Below, one piece after another: positions 1 through 11,350 of a stretch of 55,455 nucleotides of DNA (position 1 is its first letter; each line of letters starts with the position of its first letter). Source of the stretch: Perkinsus chesapeaki ATCC PRA-425 (lineage: Eukaryota > Protista > Perkinsozoa); the NCBI GenBank assembly GCA_013115145.1, contig JAAPAO010000193.1, positions 1 through 55,455 on the forward strand. Direction: 5' to 3'. A program made the translations under genes and the position numbers. The notes below the pieces were generated by a model. The model was not told the DNA's origin and searched no databases. It saw only the letters and a program-made list of their open reading frames with translations.

Positions 1-2
1 TA

Positions 3-3000
3 GTGATACGGAGGAGGAGATATAATAGAAAGGAGTTTGATAGGAAATATGTTACTAGTGATACGGAGGAGAGTCGATGTTCGAATGTCATGTTACGGAA
101 TAGCTATTCGTATGAAATAGCTGATAGTCTATCAATGATAAATAAGATAACAGTAGATCTGCCTGATCAGGCATCGCTCATCGAGGAGCTTCACCAGCGT
201 GTACACCTTATTAGTAGGATAGTAGAACAAGATGACCAGGCGGAGATTCCAGACTGGAATGATGGGGACAACCTTCTTGTGTCGGAATGGCTAGCACGCA
301 ACGGCTTCGCGCTCACCGTAAAGGACGTGATGAGATCTACCGAAGGTAAGGATGAAGTATGCGACTTGTTGATTGGTCTTCACCACGCTTAAAATACGAC
401 TTGCTTAACAACTTGGAAGCCGCGAAATTGGATATCTAGGTTGGGCCTTTACTTCGGAGCTCTACATATCTCCAATGTGAATGATGAAATTGTATTATTG
501 CAGATGACACTATTCCCAAATTGATAAGCTTGGAGCGTTTCAATAACCTTGTGGAACTTGAGATGATGGGAAGTGTAGATGAATGCATGGAGGGGACTGA
601 GAGAGCCCTAAGTTTAGCTACAGACAAGTGGGACAGAAATTGTGTCAGTCACTGCAACATGTATGCGAGCCGTCACAGCAAATACGTTTATATTTTCAAC
701 TCGGAATTTACGACGCTGTTATAGTAGAGTATACTATAGGTAGTAGGTAGTATACTATAGTAGAGTACTACTACTATATATAGCAGTAGCTTCGGACTCT
801 CACGGTTCCGGCACCCAACACCGGCGGTGACCGGTGTGCTCATCTCTGTGCTGACATGACTAATCGGACGGGATATCTTCACTTCCACGCTCACAGTCGT
901 GAAGGAGGTGTTCCAAGAAAATATACAAGTGACATTTCAGTGTTGCCTTGTTAGGAAATTCGGCGAGGGTGTCATTCGAGGCGGATCTGGCGGTTGCGAA
1001 TGAGATACTAGATATTAAAAATGGTCTGGAGAAAGGAGATGTTAGTCTTGCTGTTGAATGGTATAAAGCTCATAGGAGTAGGATAGAGAAGCTGCAGAGA
1101 GAGGCAGAGAATCAGGTGGGAGAAGGGACTGCAGAAGGCAGTTGAAGACTTTGGGGTTATCAGCAATAGTTAGATTAATACTACCAACAGTTAGATTAAT
1201 ATTCCCAACAGTTAGATTATTATCACCAACAGTTAGATTATCATCCGTGATCGCGGTAATATGAAATGTAACATCGACTTCATAGTTATAGTTGCTGCTT
1301 TTTTCACGGTTACACGGCGCAAGCGACGCCAGGAATCGATGCTGTGCCACCTGGGACCGGAATCGGCAGGCGAAGTTATTTTATAAATACGTGTGAGATT
1401 GATTAATCGATTTCAGTTGATCAACCAGCCACTGTATTATGTGATAAGGGATCGAAACCTACAAGGAGATTATCATTTACCTTGTGATGGTCACCTATCT
1501 CAGGAAGCCCCAAAAGATTCTTCAGAGGTTGACTTGCTAGCTGCCTTACATCTCTACGAGTTAACCAGGATTATGGAAGGGTCCGATGATGATCGATTTG
1601 TCAAGGGAGTTGAATATCTCAAAAAGATTGCCTCAAGTGGAGACATCTCTGGTAGCGACCGAATCGTCATTCTCTCGTTCTCGCCGAACGATTCTAACCA
1701 TGGTGCTTTCAGATGCGATGATCGGTCGTATGTGTCGTTCTTTAAGTTGTGGTGTTCGGAGCTGCTGCCCGCATCGCCATTCCGTGGGCGAGGACACTTT
1801 ATGGTGCATTCGTAGCTCTTCCAGTTCGAAAGCTCACAGGTGGGAGTGACCGATTTTGGGGCGAGAAGAATCCAGGAACTGCGCACAGTTCACTGTATTG
1901 TTTCCGTGGTGTGCAAGCGAATGCCCGCCGCTTCAACCGGCTCAGCTCTCATCGGCAATTGGCCGAATGCTCAGTGCGATTTGGAGCAGAAGTAGGGGAT
2001 GATATACTAGTGGTTATTTGGGGTGTTAAGGTATTAGTAGATATTATGGAGCTGGTATTATTTTGGAAGTATTAATTGAATTCATGGGCATCTTCCATCA
2101 AATTGAATTACGACTCAAACCAATGATTGGACTAACTTTAATTGATTTGATTCGAAGCTGTTAATTTTGCAATCAGGATGAAAGCTGTGATTGATTCTTT
2201 CGACAAGTATGCCTCATTTGCCTATTATAGCGAGGAAATGGTCTCTGGAGGTGTCCCCTCCTCCGGGCCAATGTTGGAGAAGCTTGTCAGGGTAAGCTAC
2301 TTTAAACCTCCTCTCTGCCTCGACCATCGCTGAGATCTCTCACCGAATATAAAATGCCTCTTTGAAGTCAAAAATCTGCTGTTATTACCCTCGCCAACCT
2401 TACAAGTGACAACATTTGTACGTTTTTCGAAATCTTGTGGAATTGATGGTATATCACTATAATTGGTCCCCGGGCCGCCGGGCTGCATTCCCTTCTTCCA
2501 CTGGGTTGGCTTCGTAAAGGAACTGTAAGTTTATTGCCTGCCATCGGTCTTAGTCTGGTAACCTCCGATCGGCGGAAGCGTTCGGTTTTGGCAGGCTGGA
2601 ATTTTCGCATTAGCAAGTCCGACATGCCTGACCAATACCAACGTTACCTGTCCGTGCTGTGATCCTCTTTGCCATTCCTGGGGACTTCAACCTGGCATGG
2701 AGCATCCCACCAGACTGCGGAGTCACTTCGTATGCCCGTATACGGGCATGATAATGGTGAGTTAGGAACGCCCGTGGTGAGGTCGATGGCATCGGGGATG
2801 CTTGTCTCCACAGCTTGTATGTCACGCTGTGCGGACCTGCTCTGTTTTATAAAGCTTATCCAGTATCGCTTTATTCGGTTGAGGTTTTGCTGTGGGATCA
2901 TGGGCCGATAGGCTAGGGTCTACCTACTAGACTTCCTTGTATGTTCCGAAGCGCTTTCATATTGAGGCGCGGAGCGTGGTATCATTGATAGTAAGACATG

Positions 3001-3422
3001 GTCAGCTACACACGATAAGATACGACGGTTTTGGTCATATTCCGAATCGATCGACAAGCTAGTGTCGAATATAGAGCTAACATGGCTGAGCGATGGATTG
3101 AGTCAACGTTCTGTGTGTTTGGGCATGTGGGGCTCTCACGTATTCAGACCAACAATGCGTCCCTCAAAATGTTTGTCGTGCCTCGGTGTCTTGCGGGTTA
3201 AAAGGGAGCAGTCGTGGGGATTTAGGATGCAGATGAAATAGTCTGGTCACTCAGGACCAGGCATCGGCGAGTCCGACAGGTCATGTCCTTTCGGCGTACT
3301 GCCTGGGGCTCCTTGAAAAGGCTGATGGCTCCGCGAGATCTGGTGAGGATAAAACAGTAAGATGTCCGGTGACGGGCATGGAATATTCTATCCAAGATTA
3401 CACCAGGACTTTTTCCACTTGA
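3..3422 (+). CDS. MAEA: GID/CTLH ubiquitin-ligase subunit, MAEA/Fyv10(Gid9)-like; multi-exon, probably 5'-partial
   Basis: LisH-like LLVSEWLARNGFALTVKDV (ORF 3-392). CTLH-like ANEILDIKNGLEKGDVSLAVEWYKAHRSRIEKLQ (948-1145). CRA-like LHLYELTRIME...VKGVEYLKK (~1540-1630). Last exon reads GHVLSAYCLGLLEK...KTVRCPVTGMEYSIQDYTRTFST with TGA at 3420-3422, resembling the MAEA C-terminal CPxT motif. Confidence 0.65.
1165..1246. repeat. 21-bp tandem repeat, ~4 degenerate copies (AACAGTTAGATTAATATTCCC-like), intronic
   Basis: Four consecutive AAYAGTTAGATTA cores at 21-bp spacing; they produce the NLTVG repeats in minus ORF 1042-1350. Confidence 0.85.
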
Positions 3423-3554
3423 TAAGAGAGCGATGTCGAGTTTGTCACAGCGGGATGTAATCCTTCGTATGATACGAATCGTATCCCAGTGGGACTCTCA
3501 CTGCAGATCGAAGGGAAACAGACCATGAGACGTGTGGCCAATTAGATCAGTTAC

Positions 3555-3687
3555 TACACTATTTGAAGATCTAATCAGTAAAAGCCAAGACCAAATTAGT
3601 TAAAGCCCGGAACAGATTAATAAAGCCAAGACCAAATTAGTTAAAGCCCGGAACAGATTAATAAAGCCCAGACCAAATTAGTAAGAG
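3555..3687 (+). mobile_element. Solo arm of the CAC-terminal TIR family with 20/21-bp subterminal repeats
   Basis: TACACTATTTGAAGATCTAATCAGTAAAAGCCAAGACCAAATT followed by AAAGCCCGGAACAGATTAAT / AAAGCCAAGACCAAATTAGTT units; same family as 20292, 20831(-) and 55337. Confidence 0.7.
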
Positions 3688-3866
3688 GGCTTGTAAGCAG
3701 AAGGCTTCAAGGACTTTCATTCAAGAGAATTTTACGATTCATTCTCTGTGCTGAGCCCATGATCATCATCCTATCTGAGACATGGTGACGATGAAATGGT
3801 TGCAAATCAATTGTTGATGATCAGATTAAGATAAGATTCGCTCAATTCCTCTGATTTTGTGTCCAC

Positions 3867-6800
3867 ATGATGTCTATCGAAGGAAAGTAGGCCTCCATTG
3901 TTTGTATTATATTCGAGTTATTCTAATAAAGAGTACACGCCTCAGCACGTCCGACAGGCGAGCACTGCATCACGACAAACGGGTGGAACTGTTTCTGTCA
4001 TTAGTGACTTGAAGTAGCGTCATCGAATTGAAGTTGGCTCCTCACATGCATCCTCTGGGCAGTAGTCTTCTAGTCAACGACAGTCTCTTCTTCATTGTGG
4101 GGACACTGCCCAACCATTGTTGGACTGTCCAACGCTCAGTGTCACACTGAGCGTGCGCCTGGTCTGCTGTTGTGTCGCACAAGCTCCGGTGCGATAACGC
4201 GTTACGCACAGCACTGTTGATATAGGGTGAGAACCAGGGTACGACGATGCCGGCAGAGCAGGGTTGTTCACACTGCTAGGAGGCAGCTAGCAAAGAAAAG
4301 ACCTCAGTTTAACGAAGGTCTCTCATAGATTCTCAACAGTTCATTCCCGACCTCGAACATTGAATGGATAAGGCCTCTCCTACGTCGACAGGCAAGAAGA
4401 CAACCGCCACATCATCGGTATGCGAAATCCTACTGCAAGCACGCGAAGTGTTGACAATCAGTGTCAGGCGGACTCCGGCTCCTCCGGGCGTCCAGACGCT
4501 GCACCGCTCAGCTCCTGTGCATCCGCTCATCTGGTCGGCCCTGATGACCGAGCTGTCCTCCCGGTGATAAAAGCCGCCGAGCTCGAGGCTGGCCCCAACC
4601 GCTTGGGCCTCATGTGCAGTTCGGGAATTTTCGAAGGCAAATTCATGTAGGAAGTCCGGAAATATCCTGCCACCCACCCAACTGACCCAGTTACGTCAAC
4701 GAGTACTCAACGGGAGAGGCATTCGGGAGTGACGAGTCTGCGAAGGACGTGTCGGTGTGAGTTTCGTTTTCTAGCCAGGTGTGACTTGGATTCCAGAAAG
4801 TCGTTTATCTACGAGGGGCTCCATCGTACCCGACTGTGGGGTTGCTTAACCGAACATTCTCGTCTAGGTACGTTGAAGGAGTGGATCTATCAACCAGACA
4901 CGCTACCGTCAGATTTCACCAGCAAACTTCCCAGTACTACATGGAGACTTTGAGTCAGGGGGAGCTGTCAGTTTCGAACTGACCCTCGACTTTTCATACC
5001 AAAGAAAAGCTCTGCTCGCGGCTAGCTTGGGATACTGACTGTTGACATCTGCGGAAACACTGCCTTTCTTGCATCTCATATATTTATCTTTTGTGTCAAG
5101 GAAGCACTATACTGCACTGCGGACCTTCTCGGAGCAACTGCATCATTTCCTTCTCGCTCTGTGTAAGGTATTTCCTCCAAGATCTGTCGCATCAGCACAA
5201 TGGGAGTGGTACTTGGATCAAAGTTCGGTAATGCTCCTTGCTTGCAACATGTTCATGGTGTCTCCCATGGTCAGGTGGGACCGGTGTGTTGAGCTAGCCG
5301 CTGGCCAGGAGATCACCATAGGAGGATCAATTTTGAAAGTAAGGACGGCACTGTGTGAATCACACAGTGTCATTCTCCGCTCCATGAGGCGGCCCCCTCG
5401 ACCGATGTGATCCCTGGAAAATGTTACCTCTGGTTTAGGTCACTGGTGGCCCGGCTAGTGATTCAGTGCTGGGTGAGTGGTTATCGATGTACAACCTGCG
5501 AAGGACGGAGCCATCTCTGGCGAACATGCACCCAGTGGGACGACGATAGCGAAGCTCACTTGTGTCCGGTTGTGATATGAATAATGAACGCTGGTCTCAC
5601 CGCATTAGACCGGGAGCTCTATATTGTCACTTTTATCAGCCATGGTTATCTTATCATCAACAGATCAACAGTATAGAACTGTTAATCTGTCGACTCGGCG
5701 ATTTAAATTGTTATTCCGGGATCTATTCGACCTTGTATCCCCGAGTGACTCCCGCTTATCGATATGCGCAAGTGGTACCAGTGGAATTTGCACTCAACGC
5801 CAGCCAAGGATATAGCATATGCTTCTGCGACTGGATTTCCTACTCTCCTCCGCAGAAGGTACTTTACTAGTTTAGGACATTCAGCTTCTCGTGGTCGACC
5901 TCAATGTCGAGTTGTCCATGCTGAAGTGCGATACCTTCTGTATTATCTGACGCGAGCCTATCGTGTTCCTTTTTGAGGGACAATGTTCGCGTGGCTACCG
6001 ATAACATCGGTCATCGGCTGTATAATGCATTGCTTTGTCTGAAGGTTCTTAAGAGTATCAAAAACTGCGGCGATCTACTTAAAGTATACGAATGTCGAGA
6101 CGAGATAACTGCGTCAGGTCAGACCGGGCTCGTCCTTTGTGAAAAAAGTGGCGAGCCGTCATTCAGGGCTATAATCGCAGTCAGTCGTGGTGCATCTGGG
6201 AACTTGAATTGCTTTGCCAAATCGCTGGATTGACTGCAATTTCTACTAGAAACTTTCTAGTACTGGGAAATGCAGAAAATCCCGCGGAGTTCTCTTGAAC
6301 TTCTCTGCAATTTTCTAAGCTGACCAGCGATATTAGCCCAACATGGNNNNNNNNNNNNNNNNNNNNNNNNNNNNNNNNNNNNNNNNNNNNNNNNNNNNNN
6401 NNNNNNNNNNNNNNNNNNNNNNNNNNNNNNNNNNNNNNNNNNATGGAGGGCTGTGTATAACCCAACATGGAGGGCTGTGTATAACCCAACATGGAGGGCT
6501 GTGTATAACCCAACATGGAGGGCTGTGTATAACCCAACATGGAAGGCGGCAGCCCTTCGGCTAACGGCCTAGAAGGCCACATTGGCGCGATCATATGGAA
6601 TACTGTTATATTCAGCCGATGCCTGTGCTGCACTTGGTAGCGGTTATGAATCTGATTGTCCAATGGCTATGCATGAGAGAACACCTCTCATAGGAGCTAT
6701 CTGTCAGTTAGTACCACACTGCTGCCACGGGAAGCTGAAAGACTTCGAAGAGCGATCTCCGAGATCCCCTCAATGTTCCCAGCACAGAGACTAAAAAGCA

Positions 6801-9800
6801 GCAACGCGTGAGGCTGCCTAGTCCGTCATTGCATCGTCCGATTCCTCAACCTTTAGCCGATTCATGGAATCCGTCCGATTGATGAACGGAGATGAGGAAA
6901 TTGCATGTAGCGGAGCCTCGTCGGAGCACTATCAGCACCTCGTCTCAGGCGTCCATTTGAGCGGCGGAACGATCGTACTTGAACCGAGCGAGAACACGGA
7001 AGACGCGATGTGATGTCCTCCATTCATATAGTGTACATAGAATGCAATTGTAGGCAACCTTCGGAAAATAGCCGTGTCGGATCTGTGGGAGGGAGAAACT
7101 CAGAGTTGAAGACAAGTACGGTCGAAAAGCTGATCACGTTGGCCTCCCTGTTGTTAATATAAAGGCGGCTATGGCAAGAACGTCCGCAAAGGGACACTAA
7201 AAGTCGCACCCTGTCGCGAGACCAGCAAGGAAGGAAAAACTGTAGGCAACAAGCGTGTAGTTACTCTTCCTCAACAGCTCGACTGTTTGAATCATTTGAA
7301 CATTGGAGAGTTTAATGAGCTTATTCATGCTAGTGATTGGCTATGGTTTCCAGCACGATTCTAAAATATATAATACTATAGTCTAAGAAGATCTAAATAT
7401 CGTAATAAAGTATACCTAACTTGAAGTTCACTGATTATGATAAAAATATAATGCTATAAGGAATATAATATTGTACTGTATGACTCGAACACATATTTGT
7501 GCAAGTCAGACCCGGTGCCATTGGACTAAACGAGAGTGCTTACAAATAGCATTTATACACGGAAGATATTACGCACACCTGAGCGAGGTAAGCCTCCCAC
7601 TGTCGATACATCTATCCATGGCAGCCACCCTGTTTCGTTGCGTTGGCGATTGCGAATTACAAGTCTCGTGTCTTCTGTGTCACAGTCTGTGGAGACGCAT
7701 GCTCTACCTGAGTCTTATGAACTGCTTTCAGCTTTCTATCGGGTCGAGTCAGACGGTGTGGCTGAAACTCAGCCGAGAACAGCCGCATTGGCTTCAGTTA
7801 GGGGACGAGTTCCGTATCGGAAAGTTGGTGAGTCGTGGGATACCCACGGAGGCGATGATCTCCCGGATATCACGCCCCATCTTATGTGGCTCATTACCGT
7901 GTAAAACTCAGGACTTCGACCATTCTGTGTAGAACATGAAGTTGAATGGCTCGTGGGCTCTGATTTGACTGCTCTACACATTTGGCTACAAATCGAAGTC
8001 TACTGCAAAGCAGCGTCGTAGGCTTCAAATGGTAGCGTACAATAGTTCGAGCCATAGCTTCAATATAGAGGGATGTACAGTGTACACTGTAGACCCTATA
8101 GCGACCTGATTAAAACGAACGCCATTCGGCTGTTGCTCCGGCGAACGGGAACGTTTCTAATCTTCTGGAAGTTCCTAGAGCTCAGTTCCTCTGAACAACG
8201 AGTTGCGGAAGGATCAAGGAATCCAATTCCAATTCCAAAGCTCTCAGACGTTCACAGCTTGTCGATTCCATATCGGAGTATGTCACGAGCAAGGCTACAG
8301 ACCTTCTATGGAGGACGAAGACATATGCATACAGGTAATTAGCCGAGGTCGAGCGACGCGAGCTACATCTCATCCACCTCAGGATCTCGCCATTTCCAAC
8401 TTGAAACCCTGTAGTTGGTTTGCAGTGTAAGCAAGTCTGCTGCCGGTCTTAGTATCTCCCTTGACGAGCGCTGTTGTAGATATGACGGACATGGAGGTCG
8501 CGAATGCGTTACTTTTTTACGAAAGTATCTGCATCTTTGCTTCATTGCACAACTCCACCAGCGAGGTGATTTGTTCGCACATCGCAGCACTGGGCAGACT
8601 TCTTCTCTGAGGAAGAGGCTTCTGCGTTTTCCCCGTCGACGATGAGATTGAGTGTGCTCTCAGGTGGTATTGACCGTTCCGAAGACATTCACGGAGATAT
8701 AATGGAATCCTTGCAAGGAGTGAGACTCCCTATGAGCAGTGCCATAAAAGCGTCACGAATCCTATGCTAGGCTTTCCAAGCGACAGACGAAGCCTTCATT
8801 CAGGAAGCAGGCAACAGGCAATGGTCTGTCGCTGCTGGTAGGTTTGCATGCCTTTTTTCGGCGGCCTGACTGGATGTCTTGTAGGTTGCGTGGCAGTGGC
8901 CGTTCTCATCATCGGTTCAACAATTTTCTGCGCGAATACTGGGGACTCGCGGGCGGTTCTATCTAGAAATGGAAAGTGAGTTCGAATGAGGCATAGTGCT
9001 TCTCATTGGCAACGAGTCGTGGCTCTTGGCTCGCGCCAGCAGTTCTGGCCCAGCACGCAGAACTGCTAACTTTGCGTCACAGTATATATCCCTTCCGTGT
9101 ACCTGCCAAGGGATATATAGCAACATTTCCACTCTACAGTATATTGCTTGTAGAGTAACCTCCTCTCTGTTCGAATCACCGTCGCCTCAATCTTGGAATA
9201 TCGATTGGGCGACTCTGGGACCCAGGGCCTGGAATCCAGAATCTGGATATCCCGACCACACAGCCTGCACAACCATCCGATCATCTATGGAGTGCCTTCA
9301 TTTCGTGGTGTGATTTTGCGACCATAGCGGTAGGGGACCATAGACAGCATTCTGATTATCTCCGTTGAGTGTCCTCGTTACGGTATTCGGCCGCGTTCTA
9401 CAGGGCGGTCGAGTTGTCTAACGACCAACGTCCATCGCGCCAAGATGAGTTCAAGAGAATCAAAGATGCGGGAGGATTCATCTTCTTCGGAAGAGTTTTG
9501 GGAAGGTGCGTTAGACCGCCCCTCACCTGCTGATGAGTTACAGGCTCGCGGTATCTCGCGCTTTTGGGGACATAGAGTATAAAACCGGCCTGCCGGATGA
9601 TCAGTCCCCCCTGGTCATCTGTGAACCCGAGATCCATGCTGATACTCTTCGGGTAAGCTCCGCCCACTGACGGATATTCATATATGACTCTGAACCAATA
9701 TTTGTGAACACTTGTTGACTGCGGTACGACTCGTAGCCTAAAAATTATGGTGCTGTCTACCACTCGGAATACTTGTGAAGCTAGACTTGGCGACGGAATC

Positions 9801-10271
9801 CGGACCAGTCGATTGACAGTGAAGCATTCGATCTCCGATTGAGTGCCTGTCTCTTAATCCCAACAGCATGGGACATGTCCCGAATCTGGCTGCAATTCCG
9901 CGACTTCTTTCAGGACGAAGATGAGTTCATCGTTCTTGCGTGTGATGGGCTGTTCGACGTCCTGTCATCCCAGGTTAGCAACTCCGACACTGTCTAGTCA
10001 CGTGAATAATTTCTTTTAGGAAGTTGTTGACTTCGTGAGAGGCCGCTTCTTGCGCATGTCTAAAGGAGAGCAAGATCCCACCACAGTGGCTCAAGTAGGT
10101 TTCTCGGGACAACTCGAATGCGCGTTAAAGATTCATCTGCTTCGCCCCTGCTTACATACACTCAGCGCCCCTTATCAGGAGCTCGTTCAAGAGGCTATTA
10201 TAGAAAAAGGCTCCCGAGATAATGTAACGTGCGTCATTGTGATGTTGAAAAAAATCCTTTCTAAAGCCTGA
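3867..10271 (+). CDS. PP2C/PPM protein phosphatase with N-terminal FHA-like domains; multi-exon; start and the FHA-to-PP2C junction are uncertain
   Basis: PP2C motifs: GYRPSMEDE (~8290), DGHGG (~8485), ANTGDSRAVLSR (~8935), GGFIFFGRVLGR / LAVSRAFGD (9470-9575), VLACDGLFDV (~9935), GSRDNVTCVIV, TGA ending at 10271. FHA-like pieces: DLSTRHATVRFHQQTSQYYMETLSQG (4870-4960), VELAAGQEITIGGSILKV (~5285-5340), GSSQTVWLKLSREQPHWLQLGDEFRIGKL (~7740-7830). Confidence 0.75.
6336..6538. repeat. 24-bp minisatellite (ATGGAGGGCTGTGTATAACCCAAC)n spanning an assembly gap, intronic
   Basis: Four perfect units at 6443-6538, N run 6347-6442, and a partial unit (CCCAACATGG) before the gap. Confidence 0.9.
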
Positions 10272-10516
10272 TAATGAACACTGAAGAGCTATCGATTTTC
10301 CCTGTTGTAAACGTGAAGGCTCGTGTTGTAAAGAATATAGCTATTTTCGGGCTTATGGGGCCAAAGTCTACCAATCTCTAGCTTCGTGCAGGGACACTGC
10401 GAAGTAAGTTTTCCGATGGGTCATTTCATCTAAGTAGCGTCGATGCGCCCTGACTTTCTTATCAACTTCCACACTGGAAGTTGCAGTAAAACCGGCTAAG
10501 AAATCATGGTTGGACG

Positions 10517-10784
10517 CTGGATTCTCCAGTGTGATACGCACTGTGATTGAAGACTATTAGTAATAGTCTTAATAGTAACCTTCAGTCGTAATAGTCTTTC
10601 ACGGTTCGTGATATACGAGTATTCGAAGTTTGGAAGTTAAGAGAGCTATTCGAAATAGCCTATTCCTCTCGGCCCGAGAGTCTCGGTCCGGCCCAGACCG
10701 AGAATTAATCCGCATTACGGGCCGTAATTTACGGCATGCCCAGACGGTCTGGGGTTATGATGACGGATGTGATGCGGATTAATT
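10517..10784. other. Short-palindrome (hairpin)-dense tract 1
   Basis: About 9 inverted repeats, e.g. AAGACTATTA-G-TAATAGTCTT, CTCTCGG-C-CCGAGAG, TCTCGGTC..GACCGAGA, and AATTAATCCGCAT..ATGCGGATTAATT enclosing TTACGG-G-CCGTAA and CCCAGAC-G-GTCTGGG. Confidence 0.85.
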
Positions 10785-10927
10785 GAGAGCAGGTGTGCAC
10801 TATATAACCCGCTATGGGCTACTCACACAATTCCTGTCTATCGCACAATTGTCACACCACGCTATTACTAGCTTTATTTACTCATCATATTCTACTCATT
10901 ACTCACTCTGTTTTACTGCTCTATCCG

Positions 10928-10969
10928 CCTTCGGATATACCTTATCCTTGTGGTGTTTATAACACTGCA
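10928..10969 (-). repeat. Left arm of a ~42-bp inverted repeat whose partner is at 13977-14018
   Basis: Reverse complement TGCAGTGTTATAAACACCACAAGGATAAGGTATATCCGAAGG vs TGCAGTATTATAAACACCGCAAGGATGAGGCATGCCCGAAGG: 6 mismatches in 42, all transitions. Confidence 0.75.
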
Positions 10970-11350
10970 GGCGTTTGTTCACGAACCTCTCCCACTAACC
11001 TTAACACAACATATTGACAGACATGATGACAACTCAACTGCCGCTACTGTTGAAAAGCAGCTAAAGCTTGTGACTCTAAGAGCTGTTGAAAGATCTAATC
11101 GAGGCTCTACGATCGATTACTAAACTGACGAATGCCGTCATTCGTGGAACGAAGTTGTGCCAGCGATCTCGCTAATTCGCTGGTGTTGTAATACAATACA
11201 GTACAATACAGTCACACAGTACCAGTTTGTAATACAAACTTTGTATATCAGTGTAATCAGTAAGATCTGTACTGAAAAATGTGTCATCAAAGTGATAAAT
11301 CGTCTGCGCGCAGATTCGCAACGGTCCATCAACTCGAGCTCGACTTGGAA

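Noticed and set aside
5486-5529. CCHC zinc-knuckle-like peptide CTTCEGRSHLWRTC
   Set aside because: It lies wholly within an apparent GTGAGT...CCAG intron (5473-5535); likely coincidental.
6443-6538. CRISPR-like 24-bp repeats (also the 20-27-bp arrays elsewhere)
   Set aside because: Units are contiguous with no unique spacers, there are no cas genes, and the context is eukaryotic.
9398-9763. 121-aa minus-strand ORF
   Set aside because: Antisense to PP2C exons (GRVLGR, LAVSRAFGD).
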